From: Oopsacas minuta
Lineage: Eukaryota; Animalia; Porifera
NCBI GenBank assembly: GCA_024704765.1
Contig: JAKMXF010000077.1
Location: 708,516-772,515 of the forward strand
Direction of reading: 5' to 3'
Length of the DNA stretch: 64,000 nucleotides
In this document: positions 13,412 through 26,608 of the stretch, one piece after another
How positions within the stretch are numbered: position 1 is the stretch's first letter
Layout: the number at the start of each line of letters is the position of its first letter
Program-made: the position numbers and the translations under genes
The notes under the pieces: model-generated
The model's database searches: none
Told to the model about the DNA's origin: nothing
What the model saw: only the letters and a program-made list of their open reading frames with translations

Positions 13412-15266
13412 ACGAGTGTGAAGCTAGCTAAGTATTCGACCTTGTAAAATTCAATCATAAATTTTACTCACTTGCACAGCTCTGATTTAAACGTAATTGG
13501 TATCTTTCGATAGAGCATTATTGGACGTTTTAGGCAATATTAATAATTTTCAAATATTAACACTTACTCACTTTTTTTTGTCGTGAGCATGTATACAAAT
13601 TCATTCAAATTACGGTCTAGATTTCGAAGTTGATTCTGAAATTCCTTTCCTATATTTAGGAGATATAGGCGTTTATGTAAATTAAATCTCATTCCAAAAT
13701 TTCTACAATTCGCTGAGCTATCAGATTTCAAAGTTGAATTCGGAAGTGAGGGTTTGATTAGATCATACAAAACTAGGGCCAGTTCAAACTGTTGTTTCTT
13801 ACCCTTTACCATACTGAATCTAAAGTATTTTAAAGCTAATCGATAGTGGTGATGTGCACGTTTCTAACGATATCATAAGTCGAATAATTTTACTGCACCT
13901 TTGTATCCATAAATTGCAATTATTCCTAATTGTATTATTAAAGGGATCTTGTACAAGTATAGGACATACTCCGAATAGGGATTAGGAGAATCAGAATCAG
14001 GATATAAGGAATCCGTAGTTGATAAAATAACTTCACATATGACTTATATGTCAGCAGTAGTTTATTGAGTAGAAAAATATTTAGTGCCATGCTTAAATTC
14101 TGAAGAAAGTACATCTGATAATATCTGAAAATTGTTGAGATCTTCTTCATTACCATGAAACAAAAATTAACTTAAGGCAAGCAAGAAGATTGACTCAAGA
14201 CAAAAGCGATTTAGATTTTAGAAGTGTCCATTGGGTTGAGTTACCATTACCATTACTTCTCCAGTCACCACAATGTCTATCGTAGACAAATTCATCAAAG
14301 AGCTCTTCTACTGATGTCCTTATCGTAGTAAATAAGCTAAGTTTATGTGTAATTCTATGGTGAATATATTATGTGCATTCAAGATATAACAAATAGTATG
14401 TGTGTAATTCCATATCGATTTTTATATGTTATGTTTAAATTGTCTATAAATACAAAGGAGTTTCGTTACAACTTTAGCAGATTCTCTTTAGTCACTGTAT
14501 ATAGGCTTAGAAGATAATAATGATAGAATTGCAAAAACCAAAGAAATTGAGAAATAATTTATACTTTCAAAAAGATTAAAAAGTAAAAAACTTATATAGC
14601 GACCCCTGTTTCTCTCTAAGAAATTGAATTATAGAATACAATAGAAAGTATGTGTCAAGTTTGAGGCGATTCTGGTGCTAAATTATTTCGAGAATTGACT
14701 TCAAAGTTGGAGTTCGTAATACACAAAAAACTGTGAACTTATGATTTTTAGAATGCTGTTAGGGTCCTAATTTTGAAATTTCACTATGATATTGATATCG
14801 TTAGAAACTTTACATTTCAACTATCGATTACATATAAAATAATTTAGAATCAGTATGATAAAGTTAAAAAACAACAGTTTGAACTGACCCTACTTTTGAG
14901 ATAATCTCATTCATCCCCCTAAACTCTCACTTCCAACTTCATCCTTGAAATCTGATAGTACAGCGAGTTGTAGGAATTTTGGAATGAGATTTAATTGCAT
15001 AAACATCTATATATCTTGTAAATATAGCAAAGGAATTTCAGAATCAATTCGAAATTTTAGACTGTAATTTCGAATGAAGTTATATACCCGCCTACTATCA
15101 CAAAACAAAGTGAGCAAAATGAAAAATTTTATAAATGATACATATTGCCTAAAACGTCCAACAATCCTTAATCGAATGATACCAATTACCTTGGAATTTG
15201 TGTGCAAGTGAGAAAATTAGTGGTTAAGTTTACAAGGTCGAATATTAGGCTAGCTTCACACTCGTG
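13412..15266. mobile_element. Non-autonomous long-TIR (foldback-like) DNA element, 1855 bp
   Basis: About 480-bp imperfect inverted repeats (13412-~13890 vs ~14780-15266) starting ACGAGTGTGAAGCTAGC. TAATCAAG is duplicated at 13404-13411 and 15267-15274. Confidence 0.8.
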
Positions 15267-15729
15267 TAATCAAGTGAAGAATTTAATGTGCTGGATATAT
15301 TTTTCTGACCAAGCACTCTTATGATCAAATCTACGAAGAAATCAATTAGTGTTAAGCTGAAGATTAGCAATTCCATTCATGGACATATTTAAAAAGCTGG
15401 AATAAAGTTTTGCATGAAATCATGAGTTTCTAGATGCTTTGGCTGATAAGGACTTTCGAAAACAGACATTAGGGAACCATTGTAACACGATGGCACGTAT
15501 TCGGATGTCAATAATGTAGCACGATTGTGAATGATAACACCATAGATTTAAATACAGAGAAGTGAATACTTCTGCTGAGCAGTATTCCACAAAGCTAGGA
15601 GACTAAAACTCTTCTTACCTCGCAGTGTTTAACGATAATAGGCCTTTTCGGCCAATTTTCCCAAAACCCCTAATTTGGAATATATTATCGAACAATTCCT
15701 TAAAGATTGGCCCACATATTCTCTCACAC

Positions 15730-15862
15730 GGTTACGGCCGAATTGTCACATTCGTAATGAAAAGGAACATAAAATATTTCACTTCGTTTTAACCAATTCC
15801 AGGACTGAAAATCTAGATTTTAGAAGTAAAAAAACACACAAGTTCCCGGTAGTATACGGTTA
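15730..15862 (+). repeat. Copy of a dispersed ~130-150 bp module
   Basis: Core TTCGTAATGAAAAGGAACATAAAA...TCGTTTTAACCAATTCC; similar copies at about 33845, 34555, 49005 and 49375. Confidence 0.65.
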
Positions 15863-15941
15863 ATTGTGTTAGATTACTAACAAAATTTAACAAGAATAGT
15901 ATGAAATAACATACAGTGATGTCAAATTGCGCACCCACCTA

Positions 15942-17229
15942 CAGGGTGTCCCATATGTAATGGCCGGTTGATATTTTGACCAAAACGAATGTATACTTCA
16001 TAATATACAATATATTTATTTATTCATATACCCTCCATTACATTGGAGAACACGTCTAACACGATTGGGCATACCACTGACTAAATTTTCGAGAAAATCA
16101 TTTGGAATTGATCTCCATGCTTTTTTCAGATTTTTTTCAAGCCCCATTAGAGTGCTCACTTCTATCATGTTAATCATATTGTCTTTCAAATATCCCCAAA
16201 CATTTGCAATGGGATTTAAATCTGGAGAATTCCCGGGCCAATCCTCTTTAAGCCAAAAGTTCGGGAAATTCTCTGCACACCACTGTTGAGTTAGTTTAGC
16301 TGTGTGAGCAGGTGCTCCATCCTGCATGAAAAAAATTCAGACATGTTTGGGAGCATTGACTTTTCCAATATTGTACCTCTCTTAGCCTTACGTTTGATCG
16401 CAGCCATACAGATATCTGCTAATATACTATCCCTATAATAAGCTCTATTAACCATCTGTCCGTTCGATATTATATGCAATTCGGAAACAGATTGAAAGGA
16501 AATCATACGCCAGACTTTAATTTTAGGGAGAAATTTAATACGGAGGCATGGCTCAACCTTTGTGGTGGATTTCGACCATACTCGATCATTTTGGCGATTT
16601 GGGGGAGAGAAGAATTCAAACGGCGATTCATCACTCCACAGTACCTTTTTCCAAGCTTCAGCAGTCCAATTAATAGTTCTCTGAGCGAATTTTATGCGAT
16701 TTTCTTTCATTTTGGCGTAAGTCTGGGTATTTTTGGCCTTTTGTACGATTTTACCTTCAAATCAGTCTTTAGATAGCGATGTACTGTTGATTTAGACATG
16801 GATATTCCTTTATTGGCTAACTTAGAAGCGGTTTTTCTTGTTGGCTCTCTTCGTTTTCCTAATGATTTGGAAATGACAATTTTAGCTACACGAAAGACTG
16901 TCTTTTTACGACCAGATTTTGGTGTAGATTCGAGAGATTTCCCAGATTTGTAAGCATGCCACCAACGTCTCACTGATCTTAGGCTGACGCTTAAACTCTG
17001 CGAAACAACTTTCTGAGTTATCCCACTCTCTAGCTGCCCAATCGCTCGAGAACGAATCGATACTCCATAATCTCTGACATCCATAGTTGACAATTAGGAG
17101 CTGAACGAAGTCTAATAGGAGATGAACTTGAATACATATAAATACACAATAACATTTCGTAATGGTTTACTTTAAAATTAAGATTGAATAAGAAATCAGT
17201 GTACTGGCCAATACATATGGGACCCCCTG
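15942..17229 (-). mobile_element. Tc1-like DD37E transposon, degenerate (1288 bp)
   Basis: TA TSDs. TIRs CAGGGTGTCCCATATGTA / CAGGGGGTCCCATATGTA. Motifs WSDESPF, QDGAPAH and WPGNSPDLNPI(A)NVW, with 37 residues between the second D and the E position (mutated to A). Confidence 0.9.
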
Positions 17230-18128
17230 TAATGTTAATTTTCTATTAAGTTATTTTCCATTTGTGTGAACCAAATCTCCAAAATCACCTTCAGCAACTC
17301 GTCTTCTTCAAAATTTTGGCCCAGTTAGTTTTGATAAGGATAGTATATCATATAAAAAAATAGCAAAGATAAAGGCAAAAATTAAAGAAGAAAATATTTT
17401 ACATATGTAGCAGTGGCGTGGTGAGAAATTTCACATGATGGGGCCCGTATTTGGATCTGTTATATAAATCATGCAACCATCATCATAGTCGTCATTTTGT
17501 AAATCCATCCGTGCTATTTTTCAGAATAAGTTAAATTTAGCTGGTATTTCATTAAAATTGATGGATAACAAGATAATCACAAAAATTACTAAATATTGTT
17601 CAAAACCCACTAAATCACTGTAAGAATTTTTACAGAAATATATAAAGCAAGAACTGAGAAAATAATTAAAGTGAGTTCCTGTTCCAACGAGTATCACTTT
17701 AGATCAGTTTGACTTGACAACTATGCACCATAGAAACCGTTTACTATTGTGATTTTATTATCAATGTGAGAAGGACTCCTTTTGACAAAGTAGTATGTCT
17801 ACAATTATCAATAAATAATGGCTAACCATATATTACAGGTAGATTTAAAATATATTCAATAATGATCAAACGATGAAAAGAGTTCTGAAATTTTCCCTTA
17901 AAACAATCTGGAATGCAACATACTTGTAACCCTCAGGATTCCACTGGGATTCCGAAGCATGGATCTAGAGGGCTCAATTCTTATGAAGTAGAGCAAGACT
18001 TCCTTTATCATCGCACAGTGTGGTAAATTCTCGTAAAATTCGAGTCAATTATACATTGATCTTATGGCTCTGGTCAAGAGCCTGCTAAGATGGATCTGAG
18101 ATATGAACATTTAATTATCCTTCCATTA

Positions 18129-19334
18129 TACTGAGCAACATCAAATCTATTCCTCAAATGAAAATATATTACCTAGACTAACTTTGGGATGCTGATTCCA
18201 AATCTGAAATCAGAATTGGTCTATCACGTCAGGATTTCAAGATATGAAAATTCACGAAATTCGGATATTGCATTGATTGGCACTATATTATAAGGTACTA
18301 TACAGTACAAGTTAGGCCTATTGTACAATTTTCTTTCCCAGCGAATTGTTGGTCAACAATGCATATTATGTACGGTTAATATTAACATTATTTTGTAAAT
18401 GTAATTTTCTATCTTTTGACAATTAATGCATCCTTGAGTGTTCTTGGCCATGGCTATAAGGAGGGGTTATTTAGCCTACTTTCGGGTGGATTCTAGACTG
18501 TATCGATAAACCAACAACATTACTGTTTCACAGAATTTTTAGTTTGTAACTGATTGTGTATTTAAGCTTTTTATTTACAATGAATACGAGCAGAAGACAA
18601 TGCACGAACCACCCAGATAACTTCTACTATATTTGTGGAAAAATTACGCCGAAGCCCCAGCGAAGAAATATTGCCAATCGTGTCAAGATTGGCTACAAGT
18701 ATTACTTTGGCTGCAAAGTTGGTGACCAAGACAAGAACTGGGCACCTCACATCTGCTGTACCGTCTGCTATGCCAGTCTAATCCAATGGCTTAATGGAAG
18801 GAAGAAATCCATGCCATTTGCGGTACCTATGATTTGGCGAGAACCTAAAAACCATACGTCGGATTGTTATTTTTGCACAACAAATATTGCTGGATTTTGA
18901 CCTCTATACCGTGATGGAATCGCGGGATAGAGGTCGATTTAACCCAAACATGATGGGGGACAACTGCTGGTTTCTCCATCGTGAAACTGACACTGAACAT
19001 GCTCGAAAGAGCAAGTGTATAAAGCACTTTTGAGAGGATGCAATGTTATTTTTGTCTGGTTTAATCATCCTGGGTTGTGTTAAATTGTGCAAAATGATCA
19101 TTCTGTTATTTTCACTAGCAATCACTGTGTTTATTACATGTAATGTTTTGTTCTGCACAGCCAAAATTAGCCAAAATGACAATTACGGGTTGTTAGGTGC
19201 ATATGTCATATCTCAAAAACGTGACGTGTTAGAAAAATTCTAAGGCCAGATTTGGATTCAGCATGGCCATATTAGTCTAGGTAAACTTGAAACGAGCAAG
19301 GAATAAAAAATAAGTTGTAAAATGTTGTCCAGTG
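18129..19334 (+). mobile_element. Chapaev3-type transposon, internally deleted (1206 bp)
   Basis: TTA|TACTGAGCAAC...GTTGTCCAGTG|TTA (3-bp TWA TSD); imperfect TIRs share ACCTAGACTAA and ATGCTGA-TCCAAATCTG. N-terminal zinc-finger ORF CTNHPDNFYYICG...GDQDKNWAPHICC...PKNHTSDCYFC. Confidence 0.85.
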
Positions 19335-20052
19335 TTATTCAAGGAGGTCGGAAAAGGGAGATTAATCATAGTTTGTTGCAAAATTATTCTTGGCTTGAAT
19401 ACTCTGAATGCTTTACTGTTGCTCTTTGCAATATCAGTGTAATCCTTTTGGAAAGAAATAATGAAAGAGTGAGTAAGAGTGGAACATAGAAATTTGTTTC
19501 CCTAAGAATGCAAAAAAAATTGATACTCACAGCTCATCAAGGAGAATATTACGCAAAGGTGAAGCTTTTCAAATGGATTTTTGAGTCCTGGGATAGATAT
19601 TCGTGACCAACCCTTACAAGAACGAATCAAAAATTAACATTTCAACCGAAAAAGACTTGTGCCAATCATAGAGAGTCAGAAAACGTAAGAATCGAAGCAA
19701 AACGATAGAACTTTCGTGCTGCGATTCATTTACGTCTAAAAGCTGAAGACAAACTTTTGAAAGATCATTGCTCTTCCAGTCGGGTGAATGCTAAGAATAT
19801 AAACCCAATGATATAAAACGAGAAAATCAATATGCTGCCGCACTGATAAATCAGAGACTTGTCGAAATCCAGGTATAAGAGCCATCGTCTATATTAGCTG
19901 AAAGGTCAGCAGATGTTTAAGCTTATGAACAATTATCAATCTCTCTATGTTATACAACCAAAAAGAAATATCTACCAGATAATGGACAGCGTTATCGGAT
20001 TTGTGACTGTTTAGCTCTCACATTTAAGGGAATAGCGAACCGAATTGAAATA

Positions 20053-21360
20053 TGAAGGGCACTCGAAAAGTTTTGTCGTTTGTTATTAAACCACAAGTAT
20101 TTTCTACTAAAATTATTTTATATATATTTAGACGCATATTATTTACCTACACAACAAATTTCATTAGTTTATCTTTTGTACTTTGCGAATTGCTTGATTT
20201 CTAAAAGCTATGGCTTGTATGATTCCTCAACCCGAATCTGACCTCACAAAACGCGATTTTAGAGCGATGATTTCAATTTTGTTCAAACTTGAGAAGAGCC
20301 GTTTGGAAATACGCGAAACTTTGCAGAAGCACTTCCCAAATATAGTTCCTTGTTTGAGAACAGTAGAGCGATGGTACTCAGAGTTTATTCATGGAAATTT
20401 TATTCTTGAAGATGGTGCCCGTCCTGGTAGGTCCAGTATTACACACACGGTCGAAAATGTAGAGCTAGTGTTTGACGAAGTAACAAAAGACCCTCTTGTT
20501 ACTTACGCTCGGTTAGAACATGAAACCAAATTATCATCGGGGAGTATAAACGTCATCTTACATAAAGAGCTCGGTCTTAGAAAGTTATGTGGACGTTGGA
20601 TCCCGCATTCTTTGTCGTCCCATCAGAAAAAGTGCCCAGTGGACTTTTGCAAAATTATGCTTAAAAGATTTGTTAATGGAACTTCTAGAGCTGTTTCTGA
20701 AATACTCACAGGCGATGAGACATGGAGATACCACTATGATCCAGAAACGAAGAGATAATCTAAGGAGTGGGTCGAAGAAGGTGGTTTACCTCCAACAAAG
20801 GTCCGGAGAATTAGATCAGTCGGAAAGCAGATGTGGGCGATTTTCTTTAGACGTAGTGGATTTGTTGAAGGAATTGCACTTGAGGATAGGAAGACAGTCA
20901 CCGCTGATTGATATACAACAATATGTCTTCCGAAAGTATTAAGTGCTATCGAAAAACAGCGTGGGGGTTCAGGTGTCCGAGGAATCCTGCTTCACCACGA
21001 TAATGCTTCATCACATACAGCACTAAGAACTCATGAGTTTTTAGAGAATTATAGGATCGGAACGCCACCCCACCCACCCTACAGTCCAGATCAGGCCCCT
21101 TGCAATTTTTGGTTATTTCCAAAGCTGAAAGATCAACTTCGTGGGAGGAGATTATTCAGCAATGAAGAGTTGACTGGGGCACTTTTCTTAGCAATTGAGG
21201 AGATACCCAAAGAAGAATGAAAAATGTGCTTTGATACCTGGTTTAACGCATGAAGCGGTGTATAGAGTGTCAGGGCGAGTATTTTGAAAAAAGTGACTAT
21301 ATAATATGTAATACCTATTATCTAAGTATATAAACCACAAAACCTTTCGAGTGCTCCTCG
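20053..21360 (+). mobile_element. Full-length degenerate mariner (1308 bp) nested in the hAT relic
   Basis: TA TSDs. TIRs TGAAGGGCACTCGAAAAG / CGAGGAGCACTCGAAAGG. Motifs RPGR, WIPHSLS, LTGDETW, HHDNASSH and HPPYSPD. Confidence 0.93.
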
Positions 21361-21850
21361 TATTATGGGTTTCTGTTGGTCTAGGCTTGAATAATCTGAT
21401 GGGAATTAGATTTGATAGGGGTAGTGATATGACAGGCAAATTCAAAAGCATACAAGGCTTGTATGCAAAAAAGAATAAACCATTATTCTTCACGCAATAT
21501 AAATATTGTAATTGCAAAAACAAGTAAAATCGTTCATGGCTAAATATTCTATCTCTCTTCAAGTATTTCATATTCTTGCACAGCATTAGAAAGTCCAAAC
21601 GTACCTTTTCTCCAAGTTTCCAAAAACTACAAGATCTGGTTGGAATATGTATTAAAGCTCTTTGGGAAATTGATTCTTGGAAAGGAGCGATTATATGATG
21701 AATTCATGATGAAAGTATTTTGTAATGCCAAATTAAAAGAGCAAAATATTTGGATCAAAAGCAGGGTTTCATACAGGATGTCAAGATCATACGCCTAGAT
21801 TAGATATATCTGCTTTACTACGCAATTAATCCATTTATGTGTGTATATAT

Positions 21851-22216
21851 ACAGTCAAAAATGAACATTTAGGCCACCAACTGGACTGGCCAAAGGTGGC
21901 CGCTATTTCTTGAGAGGTTGACCGTTAACATTTAAGCAGTAGGAATTTATGTTATTGGTGGTGATATAGAGAAGTTGGCATCTAAGACAAGTGACCGATA
22001 TCCAAGATAATATAGTGGAAGTAGGTATTGATGGCCACACAAGGGCGTTGTCAAAGTAGACCTTATGTGAGGCGACGACTAAACAAAGTGGCCGTTAGAT
22101 AAAGGAAGTGGCAGTTATGTACGGTAGTAGCGGTTGTGGATAGTTTGAGCGAAACAAGGGACCAAAAATGGTGGTCGGTTATTATACAGAGGTGGCCGTT
22201 AATAATGTTTGAATGA

Positions 22217-22219
<3 letters not shown>
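21851..22219. mobile_element. pogo/Tigger-like MITE
   Basis: TA|CAGTCAAAA left end; repeated AGGTGGCCG(T/C)TA subterminal motifs; right end abuts a (TA)n tract. Confidence 0.5.

Positions 22220-22252
<33 letters not shown>
22220..22252. repeat. (TA)n microsatellite
   Basis: Perfect TA dinucleotide run, about 16 units. Confidence 0.95.
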
Positions 22253-22256
<4 letters not shown>

Positions 22257-22381
22257 GCATGCCCAGAACTGATTGAAGAAATTGGAGGAACCCAGCACTG
22301 ATTTTTGGGAACAAGGTAGTGTGGCTTGCCTCGGACAAGTTCGAATATTGGATGGAAATGACGAAATTATTACATCATTGT

Positions 22382-22856
22382 TAGTGTTGTGGATTTGATT
22401 CGATTTGATTGATGATTTTAAATGGAAAAATGATTCGATACGATTTGGACTTTTCGACTACTATTTTATTGTATTTGGATTTGATTTAATGTCTGAGTCA
22501 AATCCTTGTTAAAATTTACTTTAGCTTCAAGTATGCATATACTTCATCCGTTGAAAGGATCTGTCTAAATAATAAAGCACATTGTCGCATAATTATTGAA
22601 AGTATAATCTATTATCACCCGCCGCCACAGGGTTATCATGGGAACAGGGTAACCCAGAAATTTACTAGTGCACCACACCCTGTAATCATTATTATCACAC
22701 ATGAGTACTTGCAGTAGACATTCGTATTACTTACATCGGGGCAGGGCTCGAATATAATTGCAAATCTTAAAATAGCCGGAATTCATATTACCAAGTGATT
22801 TGATTTGGATGGGTTTTTTGGATTTGAATGGAATATCAATCAAACCCACATCTCTG
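22382..22856. mobile_element. hAT-type MITE (~475 bp)
   Basis: Ends TAGTGTTGTGGATTTGATT / reverse complement CAGAGATGTGGGTTTGATT; GATTT subterminal repeats; flanks ATCATTGT / GCCATTCT (degenerate 8-bp TSD). Confidence 0.6.
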
Positions 22857-22984
22857 GCCATTCTCACCTTCATGAATTTTCATAATATCGCACTATTTAC
22901 TACTGTTCAGCGAATATACAGGATACAAGCAAGCGAACCACGCTAGTATTAGTAAGATATCGGAAATTCGACGCCTAGTTAATA

Positions 22985-24317
22985 CAAAGGGATTTCAAGT
23001 AGTTCGTAACCCTAGCTATTGCTATCATTGTTTAACCACATGTATTTACTATTTACATCTAATTTATAGCTTAGATTTTCGTCCATTTAGGACACTATAC
23101 TTTGTGGAAATTGATTTGATATTTTTTGAGATACACCCTTTTGAAGATAGGTTATAGCAACCACAGAGGAATTTATGGCTTCAAAATCTAATGAATTTCT
23201 ACTTGAACAAAGAGCATACAGCAAAATCCGCTCATTACTCGGCGATGCGCCAAGGAATAACACCAAGATTTAGTACAGGTATATGGTGGGGAGGCCTGTT
23301 CGGAATCAACCGTTAAGAAGTGGAGTCTACGTTTTCGTGAAGGTAGGGTGCCGGTTGAAGATGACCCTCGGATGTGGCAACCTATAATTGCTACCACTGC
23401 AAACAATATTACTCTTGTAGCTGAAATGTGTGACTCTGATCCCCATATTACGACAGAGCAGTTAGCTACCAGCCTAACTTTGTCAACGGGAAGTGTTCAT
23501 GCAATTCTGACCAAGCATCTTAGTATGTCCAAGGTTTGCTCACGTTGGGTCCCATATTTGTTGAATCAGACTCAAAAGAAGACCCGGGTGAGAATTGCAA
23601 AAAAAAACTGCTTGAAAAGTATGATCAATGTGATGAGAGGCGACTATTTGAAATATGTACCGGTGATGAGACGTGGATAAGATATTCAGAGCCAACTCGC
23701 AAAGAACAGAACAAGGTATGGATTGTAAAAGGGAGTTCTCCCCCAGCACTACCAAGACCAGATCATTGGGCCACCAAAGTAATGTACACCATATTTTTCG
23801 AAGCACATGGTCCAGTCTGCCAAATCTGTACTCCTAAGGGGCAAACAGTTACCGGGCACTTTTATGCAACAGTTGTTCTTCCGGAAATCGAAAAACATTA
23901 TATTGAACGTCGGCCAGCCACGGGTCTTAGAGGAATCAAAATTTTGCATGATAATGCCAGACCGCACAAATCTAAGGAAGTCAAGGAAAAGATTGCTCTA
24001 TAGGTCTTGAGGAATTGGAACATCCACCCTATAGCCCTGACCTAGCACCTTGCGACTTCTGGCTATTCGATGGGCTCAAAAAGCACCTACAGGTACAGTT
24101 TTTGGAGAACGGATGCAAATTGGAAGGGCCATCCAACGGTACCTCAGAGACATACCACAAGAAGAGTATAAAAACATTTTTCAAGTGGATAGAGCGTTTA
24201 AAGCTTGTGGTTGAGCACAAGGGAGACTACTTTGAATATTTATAGTAGCATTTGAGGCTTATCTCACTTATATAATACAAATATTCTAAGAGTTACGAAT
24301 TAAATGAATACCCTTTG
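22985..24317 (+). mobile_element. Full-length degenerate mariner (1333 bp)
   Basis: TA TSDs. TIRs CAAAGGGATTTCAAGTAGTTCGTAAC / CAAAGGGTATTCATTTAATTCGTAAC. Motifs WVPYLL, CTGDETW, LHDNARPH and EHPPYSPDLAPCDFWLF. Confidence 0.93.
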
Positions 24318-24899
24318 TAATTACAAAACTTTATGCTTCTGTGGCCTCGGTGCATACGCCTGGATAACATTCTGATAGGCAATACTCTCCCTAGATATCA
24401 TTCCAAAAGTAACGCGTAATGTATTTGTCGAGAGGATAGGTTGTATAGGCAAAAGTATTCATTACTTATTAGCAGTGGTTGATAACAATCTATCTTCAAG
24501 ATTCTCACTACATAATGAAAGGGATTCAGCTTGAAAATCTTTTCCAAGTCATAAAGCCGAAATGGATCTGGCTGACAAACGTGATGGAGATAATGAATCT
24601 TTTGGGCATTTCGTAGTGATGAGATCGAAGCACAGATAAATATTTGAAAACATTCGGGTTGAAATTTTAGAGAATGCGTGTAAGTACTTGAAAGTCCAAT
24701 CGACTCCTTGGCTGAATGCAACGAGGATTAAGTAGAAGCATTGTTTCGAGTACTCAAAAATTTGGCAAACCTACCGATCAAGACGGCAACAAGCGAAAAG
24801 AGCTTTGGTACATGAAAACTGGTTAAACATGAGTGAGAAATACATGCGAGCGGGCAAATTATGCCCGACATCAGTATAAGCAATATATTTATGAGTCAA

Positions 24900-25956
24900 A
24901 TCAGAATCCATGCAACAGATATATATCTATTCCAAACCAGACCCAATCCAACAGCCAAGAGGCAACCAGACATCTTTACAACATCCAGACTCAATCCTAA
25001 TCCTAATAGAATATAAATTTGTTCGATACAGTTCAATCTCTGAGCTAAAAACACGTAATCATCGATTATAAGCAATAACATATAATAAATTTGATCAAAA
25101 CCTGTTGCAATAAAATTATTATATATGCATATACTAGCTAGGCTAATAGCTTCCTCCAAATACACTTACCAACAAACAGGTTGTACGCAAAGAATCGGAC
25201 CAGGTAGAATTGGAAGCTGCCTAGTCAAGGAACATTTCGAGCGTTACAATACTATCAATGTGGATCAAACACATTTACATGCATTTGAGTTTTCAATTAC
25301 ACTGAAATTGTATCGTATATACTTGTATACCCAAAAAGTTCATGTGTACGGTACACAAAATTTTATAACACCCTGCAACATCAATAAAATTATTTAGACG
25401 GTCGATATGCGCTTTCATAAACCCAGTTAGCCTAGCAGCGTACAAATAGGGATCAGTAGATGGTGTTGGAACAAAATTTGAGATTCGCAAGTTGTCACAT
25501 TACTGACACATTACTGAGTTGTTGAGGAAATAATATGGACAAGTGGCCCATAAAATCGCTGAAAACTTGATGCTGAGTATGAGGTTCCAGGGGGAAATCC
25601 GATGATTGTAAACAAATCACTTGCAAATGTTCAGATTGGAATTCTTATTAGTATAACCAAACCTGTCCAATAAAAATAAGTAATTAATCTAGCAAAGTCT
25701 AAATGCTATTTATAAACAAAATTCTGTATATTAAGAACAAGGAAATTTAGGAGAATGGGTAGAAAAAGGAAGTATCAAAGCTTCCAAGATCACAAACATT
25801 CCGTAAATGTTAGCATAAACCCTTATTGTAGCAGGTTAAATCTGAACTGAAAGTGACAGTTCAGCAATTTCGAATTCCTTTGAGCGGAAATATGTAGCGA
25901 CGGTTGGGCATTTACTAAGTGCTGGTAGTATAAGCTATCTTCTTGAATTGAGATAA
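24900..25956 (-). pseudogene. Cluster of degenerate Ig exons with short GT-AG introns
   Basis: Acceptors at 25956 (TTTTGTAG|), 25662 (GGACAG|GT TTG GTT ATA, GLVIL) and 25101 (CAACAG|); donor GTTG|GTAAGT at 25170; 68-nt intron 25102-25169. DVAGCYK and YCNARNV fragments. Confidence 0.55.
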
Positions 25957-26608
25957 CTACAAAATTTGATACTTCTTTGAATTAGGCTCAAGAATAATCA
26001 GAAGCGTCTAGAGGGGGGGGCAGGGAGGGAAATATCCCCGGAGAATTCTACCAATAAGTACTCAAATATGGTCAACGTATATCAAAATAATAATTCCGAG
26101 AAGAGAAAACTAAAAGGAATAAATAGACTATACTGGAAATCCATGTATGATTGAATAAGTACTGTTAATTTATGCACTATAGAAGCTTTAGGAGTTAGAT
26201 TATTGGGCTCACACAATCAGTAAGTTCATCTCAAATAAAACCCATGAATAAATCTACTAAATCCCTGAACTGTAGAGAACATTAAAAATAGAAAATATCC
26301 CAGTCCGGTTGGCAGATATATATAAACCATGCTTGCCATGACATTTGGCAGTGGTAGATTCTTAAAAATCTTCCTATATGTCAATATTTTCTCATTTAAG
26401 AATACCACACATATTTACTGAATTTGCAATATCTCAGTGATGCGATATCTTGATTGTTTTTATTGTATATATTCATCAGAATTTGAGAATAATATTATCA
26501 GGGCCATCGAGAGCAAGACAGGGGCCCTGTTTAAGTTTTAATAGCCTCGTCATATTTTACTACAATACTGAGGCCCAAACGTGGAATAAAAAATTAGAGA
26601 TTGCTAGG

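Larger units (their letters stand above)
19340..24900 (+). mobile_element. hAT transposase relic (ZMYM1/PRKRIR-like), split by four nested insertions
   Basis: Collinear motifs: WLEYS (TTF zinc finger, ~19395), SILAERS...EQLSISLCY (~19890), RFDRGSDMTGKF (GQGYDGA-like, ~21410), LAVVDNNLSSRFS (~24470), LANLPIKTATSEKSF (dimerisation domain, ~24765). Confidence 0.8.

Noticed and set aside
17990-19130. CACAGTG / CACTGTG heptamers as recombination signal sequences
   Set aside because: Isolated occurrences (about 18016 and 19115) with no nonamer seen and no consistent position relative to Ig exons.
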